Assembly (NCBI GenBank): GCA_963816185.1
Contig: CAWFJJ010000008.1
Coordinates: 160,001-224,000, forward strand
Direction of reading: 5' to 3'
Length of the DNA stretch: 64,000 bases
From: Thermoanaerobaculia bacterium
GTDB lineage: Bacteria; Acidobacteriota; Thermoanaerobaculia; UBA5066
Shown: piece by piece, positions 42,340-51,237 of the stretch
Position numbering within the stretch: position 1 is the stretch's first letter
How the letters are laid out: every line of letters starts with the position of its first letter
Translations under genes and position numbers: made by a program
Notes under the pieces: generated by a model
The model's input: only the letters and a program-made list of their open reading frames with translations
Databases searched by the model: none
Told to the model about the DNA's origin: nothing

Positions 42340-43055
42340 CCCTTCTTCACCGGCGCCCGTGCCGGCGCCGGCGTCGCGGCCGGAGCCGCGCTCTCCTCGA
42401 CGATCTCGATTTTCACCAGCTTCTGGTAGGCGCGGGGCTTGCCGAGATTGTGATTCGCGGGATCCGGATTCGATTCCGCCACGATGCGGTCCACGACGTC
42501 CATGCCTTTCACGACCTCGCCGAACGCCGTGTACTGGTGGTCGAGAGAAGGGTAGTCCTTGAGGACGATGAAGAACTGGGAGGAGGCCGAATCGGGCGCC
42601 GAAGAGCGGGCCATCGAGACGATGCCGCGCTTGTGCTGCGTCTCGTTGAACTCCGGCTTCAACGTGACCGGATTTCCTTTCGCGTCGGTCTTGCCGGCGT
42701 TTCCCCACACGAACGCGTTCTTCGGATCCTTCGTCAGAGGATCGCCGCCCTGCAGGATGAAGCCCGGGATGACGCGGTGGAAGAGCGTGCCGTCGTAGAA
42801 GCCCGAAGCCGCGAGATCGATGAAATTCTTCACGTGATTCGGGGCTCGGTCGTAGAAGAAGCGGATCGTCACGTCGCCGCGCTCGGTATGGAGGATGGCC
42901 AGCGAATGGGCGTAGTCGTGAGGCGCCGCTTTGACGGGAACCTTCTTTCTCGCCTTCGGTTTCACGGCCGCGGCGAAGGTCGGGACGGAAGCCAGGACGA
43001 GAAGAGCCGCGAAGGCCGCGCAGACCGCTCGGGAAGCAGCCGTTCGGATCGACAT
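42336..43055 (-). CDS. exported cyclophilin-type peptidyl-prolyl isomerase
   Basis: FYDGTLFHRVIPGFILQGGDP, SMARS, SSQFFI, YTAFG. Confidence 0.92.
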   Translation of the reverse strand: MSIRTAASRAVCAAFAALLVLASVPTFAAAVKPKARKKVPVKAAPHDYAHSLAILHTERGDVTIRFFYDRAPNHVKNFIDLAASGFYDGTLFHRVIPGFILQGGDPLTKDPKNAFVWGNAGKTDAKGNPVTLKPEFNETQHKRGIVSMARSSAPDSASSQFFIVLKDYPSLDHQYTAFGEVVKGMDVVDRIVAESNPDPANHNLGKPRAYQKLVKIEIVEESAAPAATPAPARAPVKKG

Positions 43056-43128
43056 TCCGTGTGTCCTCCTTGGAGCGTCCGGACGGTCCTTGTCAGCGGC
43101 ACCGGCCGCGCCGATGATAGCTCCCGGA

Positions 43129-43725
43129 ATGCTCGCCGAGACGTTCCTGAAGCTGGTCGAGAAGGCCACGACCGACCTCGATGTCGACCGTCTTCGGAGC
43201 GACGTTCGGCAGCTCGCGGCGAAGCACCCGGAGGCGACGACGCGGGAGATGGGCCAGCGCCTCGTCACGAAAGCGGCCCGGAGAGCCGCGGTCCTCGGCG
43301 GCGTAGCGGGCCTGCCGCCGGGGTGGGCGGCCCTCGCGACGGCCGCGCCCGAGCTGACAGCGCTCCTCGTTCTGCAGAGCCGGCTCATCGTGTCCATCCA
43401 TCTCCTTTACGGCGCTCCCATGGAGCCGAAGGAGCGAGCCCTGGAGGTTCTTGCCGGCCTCGCCGCCGGCGCGGGCATCAACGTCGGGCGCCGCCTCACG
43501 ACCCGTGCCGCCGAGGAGATCGCGGCACGCCTCCTGGCGCGGTTCGTGGGACGCGAGACCTCGCACCTCGTGCCCCTGTTCGGCGCGGCTGCGGGGGCCG
43601 CCCTGAATTACGGAGCCGTGCGGGCGGTCGGGAGGGCTGCGCTCCGGCGCGTCGAGCGCCTTTACGGCCCCCCCGATCTGCCTGGAAAGGGACTCATTCT
43701 CGACACCCCCGGGCGGGTGTCCTGA
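43129..43725 (+). CDS. EcsC-like hypothetical protein
   Basis: GGVAGLPPG...LLVLQSRL...VPLFGAAAGAALNY pattern. Confidence 0.6.
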   Translation: MLAETFLKLVEKATTDLDVDRLRSDVRQLAAKHPEATTREMGQRLVTKAARRAAVLGGVAGLPPGWAALATAAPELTALLVLQSRLIVSIHLLYGAPMEPKERALEVLAGLAAGAGINVGRRLTTRAAEEIAARLLARFVGRETSHLVPLFGAAAGAALNYGAVRAVGRAALRRVERLYGPPDLPGKGLILDTPGRVS

Positions 43726-43817
43726 CGGCGCGTGATAAAGTTCCGGCTTCACAAAGTCGTCGCGACGAGAGCCAAACCGGGGGGTGCGGCGCGACGATCC
43801 AATCCGGGAGGAGATCG

Positions 43818-45725
43818 ATGCGCGAGCTGTTCTACGAGGCGGTCCGGTCGACGGCGAACGTCGCCTGGAACGCTTTCCAGGCCGTGAACCGCCGCATTCC
43901 CGCGCGTGCGTTTCATCCGGCATGGGCCCCGGAACCGCTCCCGAAGAGCCACCAGCGCACGAAACCTCCGCTCGGGTATCCGCGCCGCACGGACTCGCTT
44001 TGTCCGACGTGTACGCGGGAAGTCCGGGACGCGATCGTGGGCGGGACGCGCGAGCTGCGCGAGCTCGTGGACGGGCGCCCGGGCGAGATTCCCGCGGACA
44101 TCGTTCTGCGCGGAAACGAAATCTGGATGGTCAAGACCTGCCCGAAGCACGGCACGTTCGAGGACCTCATGGCGAGCGACGCCCGTTTCTTCGGGCGGCT
44201 CGAGGAGAATTTCTTCGGGCGCGACGTGAAGATCGGCAAGGACGCTCTTCACGACCACGGCTCGGCCTCCATCAAGTACGGCCGTGGGGCCGTCCTCACG
44301 GTCGACCTGACGAATCGCTGCAACATGATGTGCAATCCGTGCTTCATGGACGCGAATCAGGTCGGCTACGTCCACGAGCTCTCCTTCGCGGACATCAGGG
44401 AGATCCTCGACAACGCGGTCTCCATCAAGCCGCGACGCCAGCTTTCCGTGCAGTTCTCCGGCGGCGAGCCCACGATCTCGCCCTTCTTCCTCGAGGCGAC
44501 GCGCTACGCGAAGGAGATCGGCTACTTCTCGGTCCAGTGCGCGACGAACGGAATCCGCTTCGCGCAGGAGCCCGGGTTCGCGAAGGCAGCGTACGACGCG
44601 GGGCTGAGGCTCGCGTACCTCCAGTTCGACGGGGTCGGGAACGAGCACAACACCCACCGCGGCGTCGGGAACCTCTACGACGTCAAGCTGCAAGCGCTCG
44701 ACAACCTTCACGCGGCCGGCGTCGACGTCACGCTCGTGACGACGCTCGTGAATTCCGTCAATAACGACCAGGTGGGCGACATCCTCCGGTTCGCGATCCG
44801 GAACATCGACAAGATCAACGCCGTCTCCTTCCAGCCCGTTTCCTTCACGGGCCGCGACGAGGAGATCGACGACGACACGCGCAAGAAGCAGCGCTACACG
44901 CTCGCTCACCTCGCGCACGACGTGAAGGATCAGGCCGGAATCGGCGAGCCGATGCGCGATTGGTTTCCCCTCTCGGCGTCGGGCCCCTTCTCCGATCTCA
45001 AGGATCTGCTCGGCGGCCTCGAGGCCCAGTGGGGCTCGCTCAAATGCGGCTGCCACCCGAACTGCGGCATCGCGACGATGATGCTCGTCCATCCCGAATC
45101 GGGCGACGCCGTGCCGGTCACCCAGATCCTCGACGCGGACCGCCTCTTGCGCGATCTGACGATCGTGACGGACTCGGCGCGCGGCCGCTTTCTCACCGTG
45201 ATCCAGACCGCCCTCTCTCTCGCGCGCAACATTCGCCCCACCGGCGTCCCGAAGAACCTCGGCGTCTGGGAGACGCTGAAGGTCATGGACGGGCACACGG
45301 GCCGCGGCATGGGGATCGCGAAGCAGGGGCGCTACCCCTGGCGCGTCCTCCTCGTGGCCGGCATGTGGTTCCAGGACCTCTTCAACTACGACTTTCGCCG
45401 CACGGAGATGTGCATCATTCCGTACGGCACCCAGCTCGGCGAGATTTCGTTCTGCGCCTACAACACGGGGGCCGGCTGGCGGAAGATCGTGGAGGAGATG
45501 TTCCAGAGCGCCACGCTGGCCGAGTGGTACAAGGAAAAGGGCCGCCACCCCGTCTACGCCCACGGCAAGCGCGTCCCCCTTCCTTCCTACGCGCCCGCGC
45601 CGAGGCCCTCCACGCTGCCCGTCTTCGAGCCCTCTCCCCAGCCCGTCGAGCGCCCGGCGGCCGCGCGCTCCGCGACGCCTGCGCTCACCGCCCTGCCGTC
45701 CTTCAGCGTGGCGTCGGGGAAATAG
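43818..45725 (+). CDS. radical SAM protein, tetraether lipid synthase (Tes/GDGT-MAS) homolog
   Basis: TDSLCPTC...KTCPKHG N-terminal metal site; DLTNRCNMMCNPCF; YLQFDG; CGCHPNCG, CIIPY, FCAYN; GGAGG RBS. Confidence 0.8.
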   Translation: MRELFYEAVRSTANVAWNAFQAVNRRIPARAFHPAWAPEPLPKSHQRTKPPLGYPRRTDSLCPTCTREVRDAIVGGTRELRELVDGRPGEIPADIVLRGNEIWMVKTCPKHGTFEDLMASDARFFGRLEENFFGRDVKIGKDALHDHGSASIKYGRGAVLTVDLTNRCNMMCNPCFMDANQVGYVHELSFADIREILDNAVSIKPRRQLSVQFSGGEPTISPFFLEATRYAKEIGYFSVQCATNGIRFAQEPGFAKAAYDAGLRLAYLQFDGVGNEHNTHRGVGNLYDVKLQALDNLHAAGVDVTLVTTLVNSVNNDQVGDILRFAIRNIDKINAVSFQPVSFTGRDEEIDDDTRKKQRYTLAHLAHDVKDQAGIGEPMRDWFPLSASGPFSDLKDLLGGLEAQWGSLKCGCHPNCGIATMMLVHPESGDAVPVTQILDADRLLRDLTIVTDSARGRFLTVIQTALSLARNIRPTGVPKNLGVWETLKVMDGHTGRGMGIAKQGRYPWRVLLVAGMWFQDLFNYDFRRTEMCIIPYGTQLGEISFCAYNTGAGWRKIVEEMFQSATLAEWYKEKGRHPVYAHGKRVPLPSYAPAPRPSTLPVFEPSPQPVERPAAARSATPALTALPSFSVASGK

Positions 45726-46494
45726 CGCGCAACGCGAGAGCCACGACGGCGTTCGCGGCCTCGCCGGGGTTCTCGAGCGGCACGAGGTGCCCCGCCCCGG
45801 GCACCGTCACGAGGCTCACCCACGAGGCGCGACCTGCGACGGCCGTCATCGCTTCGGCGTCCGAAGGCGGCGCGATCGCATCCTCGTCACCGACGACGAC
45901 GAGAAGGGGTTTCTCCCAGGCGGACAGCGCCTCGAAGCCTTCGTCGCGCACGGCGAGGCCCGCGAGGTCGGCCATGGCGGTTTCGGGCGGCGTCTCGAGG
46001 ATCATCGCGCGCGCCGTTTCCTCGACGGGCGTCCCCTTCGAGCGCCTCGCGAGGAGCTTCGGCAGCATCGCGGAGAGGGCCGCTCCGATCCCGTCCCTGC
46101 GGAGGGCCTCGATGGCTTCCTTGCGTTTTGCACGTCCCGCGTCGTCGTCCGCGGTGGCCTTCGTATCGAAAAGAGCGAGGCCCACGAGGCGGTCGCGTTC
46201 GCGCATGCCGTGCCGTTTCAGGAACTCGAACGCCACGTAGCCGCCCATCGAGAGGCCCGCGAGAACGTACGGCTCTCCTTTCGGGAGGGCGCGGGAGATC
46301 TCCTCCGCCATGTCGTCGGCGAGAAGCGACATCGTATGAATAGGGGCCGCGGCGCGGAAGGAGGTGCCGCGCCCTCGGAAGTCGGGAGCAAAGACGGACG
46401 TGATCGGAACGAGGGCGCCCGCTGCGGCACGTACGGCAAGGGGACTCCAGATCCGGTGATCCAGCGGATAGCCGTGGAACGCGACGAGGTGCAT
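45703..46494 (-). CDS. alpha/beta hydrolase
   Basis: FHGYP, GLSMGG, GDED, GAGHL. Confidence 0.88.
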   Translation of the reverse strand: MHLVAFHGYPLDHRIWSPLAVRAAAGALVPITSVFAPDFRGRGTSFRAAAPIHTMSLLADDMAEEISRALPKGEPYVLAGLSMGGYVAFEFLKRHGMRERDRLVGLALFDTKATADDDAGRAKRKEAIEALRRDGIGAALSAMLPKLLARRSKGTPVEETARAMILETPPETAMADLAGLAVRDEGFEALSAWEKPLLVVVGDEDAIAPPSDAEAMTAVAGRASWVSLVTVPGAGHLVPLENPGEAANAVVALALRAISPTPR

Positions 46495-46503
46495 CGACGG
46501 ATA

Positions 46504-47973
46504 CTACCGGCGCCCCGCGACCCGTCGCCATGTCGCTCCCCTGGGACCAAGGCCGTCGGGCACCGTGCCGGTCTCCAGGAAGGAGAACACGCGCGTCGCG
46601 CGGACATGCTCGTCGGCGGGGGACGGCGCGCGGAAGAGGACGGGGAGGCCGGGGCGCGCCCGGAGGGCCGCGACGAGGCGCTCGTCGCCGTCGTCGCGGT
46701 TCAAGCAGTACCAGAAAGACGGATTCACGTAGAGGCCGCCTGGAGCTCGGGTTCCGGTGATCGGATAAAGCGTCTGCCGCCCGCCGAAGACGAGCAGCTC
46801 GCCGCCGGCTGGCACGTGCGCGCGCACGGACGCCGCCTCGGCGCGCGTCACCGCGTCGTCCCAATAGTAGAGAGAACGCCCGAGCCGATCGAGGAGGAGC
46901 GGGCCGGCGCCGAGGATTGCCACGCCCAGGAAGACGGCGAGGAGCGCGGCCGATGCCGCCGGCGCGAGGACACGGCCACGCGGGGATCGCACGCGATGGA
47001 GGCGTCGAAATACTGCCGGAAGCGCGAGCGCCGTCCGCACGGCCGCGAGCGCGGCGAGTCCCGTGACGGCGGACAGATGCAAGAGGCCTGGCCGCGGCCA
47101 CGCCATCCCGATCGCGCCGATGGCCACGCCGACGAGCGGTGTGCGGCGCGACACCCCCGTCGGCAGCGTCGCGCCGGCGAGCGTGATCGCCGCAAAGGGC
47201 ACGAAGACCTCGAGCGACTCGTGAACGTTCGCGGCCATGAGTGGCGTCGCGATCTCCCGCGACATTCCGGAGAAGACGGGGTAGACGAGCGTCCAGCGCA
47301 CATGCGCGAGCGTCCGGAAGGCGAGCGCCCAGGTGAGAAGGAACGCGACATACGGCAGGGCGGCGGCCGCCGCGAACAGGAGAGCGGCGCGGCTGCCGCG
47401 TCGCCGACTGCGAAAGAGGATCCAGAGGCCGGCGGCGAGGGCGGCCCACGCGGAGGTCTGCTTCACCAGGATCGCCGTCCCGAAGACGAGGCCCGCCGCG
47501 GCGAAATCGCGCGCTCGACCGGTCCTCTCGGCGCGCTCGAGGAGGAGAACGCCTGCGAGAAGGAACGGTGCGAGGAACGGCTCCGGCCATAGCGCGGGGC
47601 CCTCGGCATAGACGGCGAGAAGGACGATGAGAGGAGCGCCGAGAAAAAGCCCGACGATCGGACCCCGGCGCGAGGCGCCGTGCGGCTTCGCGCCGAGGAC
47701 GAGGAAGACCCCGGTCAGGGCGAGAGCGAGGGCGGGGATCGCGCGCAGGACAGCCGCGGAGAAGCCGAAAAGAGCGCCGGCGGCGGCCGTCAGGAGGATG
47801 AGGAGCGGCGCGTGCGGGAAGAGGATGCCGTCGTAGAGGCGAAAGCCTTGCGTCACGAACCACGCGGGCGTCACGATCTCGGGCCAGGCGATCGTCCTCA
47901 CGGCGAAAGGAAGCGCTCCCGCCAGGAGGGCCGCGAGCACGGCACACGAGGCGGCCACGCGCGAGGGCTTCAA
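46504..47973 (-). CDS. polytopic membrane protein, GT-C (ArnT/PMT-like) glycosyltransferase candidate
   Basis: Multiple TMs; LYDGILFPHAP, EPF, LVKQT motifs; TTG overlaps queD stop. Confidence 0.55.
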   Translation of the reverse strand: MKPSRVAASCAVLAALLAGALPFAVRTIAWPEIVTPAWFVTQGFRLYDGILFPHAPLLILLTAAAGALFGFSAAVLRAIPALALALTGVFLVLGAKPHGASRRGPIVGLFLGAPLIVLLAVYAEGPALWPEPFLAPFLLAGVLLLERAERTGRARDFAAAGLVFGTAILVKQTSAWAALAAGLWILFRSRRRGSRAALLFAAAAALPYVAFLLTWALAFRTLAHVRWTLVYPVFSGMSREIATPLMAANVHESLEVFVPFAAITLAGATLPTGVSRRTPLVGVAIGAIGMAWPRPGLLHLSAVTGLAALAAVRTALALPAVFRRLHRVRSPRGRVLAPAASAALLAVFLGVAILGAGPLLLDRLGRSLYYWDDAVTRAEAASVRAHVPAGGELLVFGGRQTLYPITGTRAPGGLYVNPSFWYCLNRDDGDERLVAALRARPGLPVLFRAPSPADEHVRATRVFSFLETGTVPDGLGPRGATWRRVAGRR

Positions 47974-48347
47974 GGGGGCCTGAAACTCACGCTGTTCCGG
48001 GGGCCTTCCCAGACCGTGACTTCCTCGAGGCGCACGCCGTCCTTCAGGAGCCTGGCCTTCGCGATCTCGTTCGCGATCCAGAGCGCGAGGTTCTCGGCGC
48101 TCGGATTCTTCCGGTCGAACGGCGGCACGGTATTGAGGTCGCGGTCGTGCAGGCGCGAAGCGAGCTCCTTCACGAGGGCCTCGGTCGGGACGAAATCGAC
48201 GGAAAGGTCGTACTCTCCGAGCGTCTCCGTCGCGAGCGCCACCTCGATGGTCCAGGAGTGCCCGTGCACCGGCTCGGGCCCGCCGACGTAGTCCACGAGG
48301 TGGTGCGCGGCCTCGAAGGTCGCGCGGCAGCGAACGATGAAGGGCAT
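47970..48347 (-). CDS. queD: 6-carboxytetrahydropterin synthase
   Basis: FEAAHHL, HGHSW, LHDRDLN, PSAENLA, VWEGP. Confidence 0.88.
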   Translation of the reverse strand: MPFIVRCRATFEAAHHLVDYVGGPEPVHGHSWTIEVALATETLGEYDLSVDFVPTEALVKELASRLHDRDLNTVPPFDRKNPSAENLALWIANEIAKARLLKDGVRLEEVTVWEGPRNSVSFRPP

Positions 48348-48356
48348 CCCCGCAGT

Positions 48357-48941
48357 CTACGACGCGAGGACGGTCTCGAGGCGCGTCACGCGCACGGCAT
48401 GCTGGCCCTCGGGCGGGACGCCGTATTCCTTTTCGAGGAACTTCTTCGGCGTCGTGGCCTCCGCGCCCGCGAGGGCGAGCCGCTCGGTACGCGTTTCGCC
48501 GTTCGGAAGCGTGAACGAGTAGACCGCCTCCGTGGCGGCCCGCCCGAGGGACCTCGCGCCCTTCGGAAGCTCGGCGAACGCGGTGAGACGAATTCCCGGC
48601 GGAAGGCGGTCGTTGACGGCCTGAAGGTGCTCCACCGTGAAGACGTTCTCCACGTCCACATCGAAGAGCTCGTGCTTCGACTCGTGGCCGAGCGGCAGCG
48701 CGGGTCCCATCGACATTCTGAGGTGGGGGTTGTAGCCCTCCGTGTAGCGCACGGGCGCGCCCGAGGCGCGGAGAGCGCGCTCGAAGACGTCCATCGTGTT
48801 GCGGTGCGAGAGGTAACGCGCGTCGCCCAGCTTCTCGAACGTGAAGCGGACCGTGTGCGCGGTCGCGGCGACCGGCGCAGCGGTGCCGTCGCCCACCCGC
48901 CGCCGCTCGCGGAGCGGCAGGAGATCGGGCTCGGCCTTCAT
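48357..48941 (-). CDS. radical SAM-linked protein (DUF2344/TIGR03936); probably the C-terminal part of a fusion
   Basis: RFTFEKLGDARYLSH, YTEGYNPH, GPALPLGHES..E. Confidence 0.85.
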   Translation of the reverse strand: MKAEPDLLPLRERRRVGDGTAAPVAATAHTVRFTFEKLGDARYLSHRNTMDVFERALRASGAPVRYTEGYNPHLRMSMGPALPLGHESKHELFDVDVENVFTVEHLQAVNDRLPPGIRLTAFAELPKGARSLGRAATEAVYSFTLPNGETRTERLALAGAEATTPKKFLEKEYGVPPEGQHAVRVTRLETVLAS

Positions 48942-51142
48942 CCGATACGCCGCGCCTTTGGCTTTTTCGGTATAGGCGGAGGGACGAGAAAGAGAGGAGA
49001 GAGGAAAGAGATGTTCTTCGAAAGGTATTGCGGCCGGTGCGCCCGCGGCCTGCGGCGCTGCGACGGCTGTGGGTCGGCGCCGCGGAGACCTTTCTTACCT
49101 TCTAAGAAATCCTCATATGCGGCGGCTGCTGATGCAGCCGCCGATATAGGCGAATCTGTTGCTCGAACGTCCGACGTCAAGGGCGCGCTCTGCGCGCCGC
49201 TTCGCGGTCGAAGACCCTTGACTTCGGACGTTCGAGAAATATCCCCTTCTTCGTTCCCCTCTTCTCCGAAGCAAATCTGAATTCCTTCGGCAGCGGGTTG
49301 GCGAGGACGGTGTCCTCGCCGTCGCCCGGGAACGCCGCAGGCGTAGCAGTGCCCCCACTTACAGTCGTCCGTGTGCATCTCCTTGAGCGCCTTCTTCCAC
49401 TCCACGACGAGGAAAGGCTTGCGGATGAAGGCGTCGACGACGTCCCAGGGGAGCGTCTCCTTGAGGTCCTTCTCCCTGAGGTGGCGGCTCTTCGGGATGC
49501 CCGCGGCCTCGAGCGCTTCGTTCCACCGCTCCCACGAGAAGTGCTCGCTCCACGCGTCGAAACGCCCGCCGCGCCTCCAGACCTCGAGGATCGCCCGGCC
49601 CATGCGCCGGTCGCCGAGCGAGAGCATCGTCTCGATCTCGGCCTCCTTCGGCTCGTGCCACGTCATCTTCGCGCCCCTCACCGTGCGGAATTTCTCCCGC
49701 AGATAGGCGAGCTTGCGGTTCAGGTTGTCGACGCCGTCGAACGCGAACCACTGGAACGGCGTGAAGCTCTTCGGCACGAACGAACCGACCGAGACGTTCA
49801 CGTTCGGGCGGACTCCGTGTCTCCTTCCCTGGGCGAGGATGTCCTTCACGAGAGTCACGAGCTCGTCGAGGTCCGGCTCGGCCTCGGTCGGGAGGCCGAT
49901 CATCGTGTAGACCTTGATCATGTCCCAGCCGCGCGAGAAGGCGACGTCGGCCGCTTTCACCATGTCGGCGTTCGTGAACGTCTTGTTGATGACGCGGCGC
50001 AGGCGATCCGAGCCGGTCTCGGGCGCGAACGTGAAACCGGACTTTCTCACCTCGGAGACGGCATCCGCGAGGCCGACCGAGAACGCTTCGGCACGAAGTG
50101 ACGGCAGCGAGATCGAGACCTTGGTCTTCGCGAGCTCCGGGGCGAGGCACGCGACGAGCGGTTCGATCTGCGAGTAGTCGGCCGACGACAGGGACAAGAG
50201 TCCGACCTCGCTCCACCCCGCCTCGTCGATGAACGCTTTCGTGGCCTTCGCGACGTCGGCGGGGTCCAGCTCGCGAACGGGCCGGTACCAGTACCCAGCC
50301 TGGCAGAAGCGGCAGCCCTGCGTGCAGCCGCGCATGATCTCGAGGCCGAGCCGGTCTTGGACGATGTCGACCGACGGCACCATCGGCTTTCGGGGATAGA
50401 CGTCGGCCGAGAGCTTCTCGACCCAGACGCGCTTCGCCCTCTCGGGTACTCCCGGAGCGTTCGGGGTCGTCGAGACGACGCGGTCGCCGTCGTAGAGGAC
50501 GTCGTAGAGAGACGGGACGTAGATCCCCGGGCAGGCAGCGAAGGCGAGGAGGCGCTCGCGGCGGGAAAGACCCTTCGTGGCCGCGACCTTCTCGAGGAAC
50601 ACCGGTAGAGCCTCCTCCGCGTCGCCGATGAGGAAGACGTCGAAGAAATCCGCGAGCGGCTCGGGGTTCGCGACGCAGGGCCCGCCGCCGATGACGATGG
50701 GGTCCGCGTCGCCGCGATCCGTGGCGAGGACCGGGATACCCGAAAGCTCGAGCATGTTCGGGACGTTCGTGTAGTTGAGCTCGCTCTGGAGGGAGAATCC
50801 CACGACGTCGAAATCCGAGACGGGAGCGAACGACTCGACGGAAAAGAGAGGGACCTTCTCGCTTCTCAGGATCGCCTCGAAGTCCACCCAGGGCGCGTAC
50901 GTTCTCTCACAGGCCCAGTCGGGCCGCCGGTTGACGATCTCGTAAAGGATCTTCGTGCCCGTGTGGCTCATCCCGATCTCGTACGCGTCGGGAAACGCGA
51001 GACAGACCGTCACCGACATCTCGCCGAGGTCCTTGCGCGTGACGTTCCGCTCCAGGCCGAGGTAGCGCCCCGGGCGCTCGACGGCGAGGAGGAAGGGCTC
51101 GAAGCGGGAACGGACGGACGCGTAACGCACGGCGGATCTCAC
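48938..51142 (-). CDS. TIGR03960-family B12-binding radical SAM protein; 3' end disturbed by repeat insertion and frameshifts
   Basis: VERPGRYLG, FPDAYEIGMSH, EIMRGCTQGCRFCQAG, TFAPETGS, DCKWGHCYACGV. Confidence 0.88.
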   Translation of the reverse strand: MRSAVRYASVRSRFEPFLLAVERPGRYLGLERNVTRKDLGEMSVTVCLAFPDAYEIGMSHTGTKILYEIVNRRPDWACERTYAPWVDFEAILRSEKVPLFSVESFAPVSDFDVVGFSLQSELNYTNVPNMLELSGIPVLATDRGDADPIVIGGGPCVANPEPLADFFDVFLIGDAEEALPVFLEKVAATKGLSRRERLLAFAACPGIYVPSLYDVLYDGDRVVSTTPNAPGVPERAKRVWVEKLSADVYPRKPMVPSVDIVQDRLGLEIMRGCTQGCRFCQAGYWYRPVRELDPADVAKATKAFIDEAGWSEVGLLSLSSADYSQIEPLVACLAPELAKTKVSISLPSLRAEAFSVGLADAVSEVRKSGFTFAPETGSDRLRRVINKTFTNADMVKAADVAFSRGWDMIKVYTMIGLPTEAEPDLDELVTLVKDILAQGRRHGVRPNVNVSVGSFVPKSFTPFQWFAFDGVDNLNRKLAYLREKFRTVRGAKMTWHEPKEAEIETMLSLGDRRMGRAILEVWRRGGRFDAWSEHFSWERWNEALEAAGIPKSRHLREKDLKETLPWDVVDAFIRKPFLVVEWKKALKEMHTDDCKWGHCYACGVPGRRRGHRPRQPAAEGIQICFGEEGNEEGDISRTSEVKGLRPRSGAQSAPLTSDVRATDSPISAAASAAAAYEDFLEGKKGLRGADPQPSQRRRPRAHRPQYLSKNISFLSPLFLVPPPIPKKPKARRIG
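49112..49241. repeat. structured repeat element, copy 2 (inside radical SAM 3' region)
   Basis: Same 35-nt block as copy 1; 22-bp stem 49162-49236 enclosing two mini-hairpins. Confidence 0.85.
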
Positions 51143-51237
51143 GGACCGTCGAGTCTACCGTGCCGGTGAGACGCCGTCTCGTTTTCCGCGCTGCACTCGC
51201 GGTGCTCTGGCGATCGCGTCGACCTATAATTGTGTAA

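Noticed and set aside
42258-43817. 1155-aa giant ORF N-terminal extension
   Set aside because: Overlaps the cyclophilin and EcsC-like genes; the real start with RBS is ATG 43818
27577-48347. queCDE as part of a 7-deazaguanine DNA-modification (dpd) system
   Set aside because: No DpdA/TGT-like, helicase or nuclease genes nearby; context fits tRNA queuosine synthesis
28313-49241. CRISPR array from the identical 35-nt palindromic block
   Set aside because: Only two copies about 21 kb apart, no spacers, no cas genes
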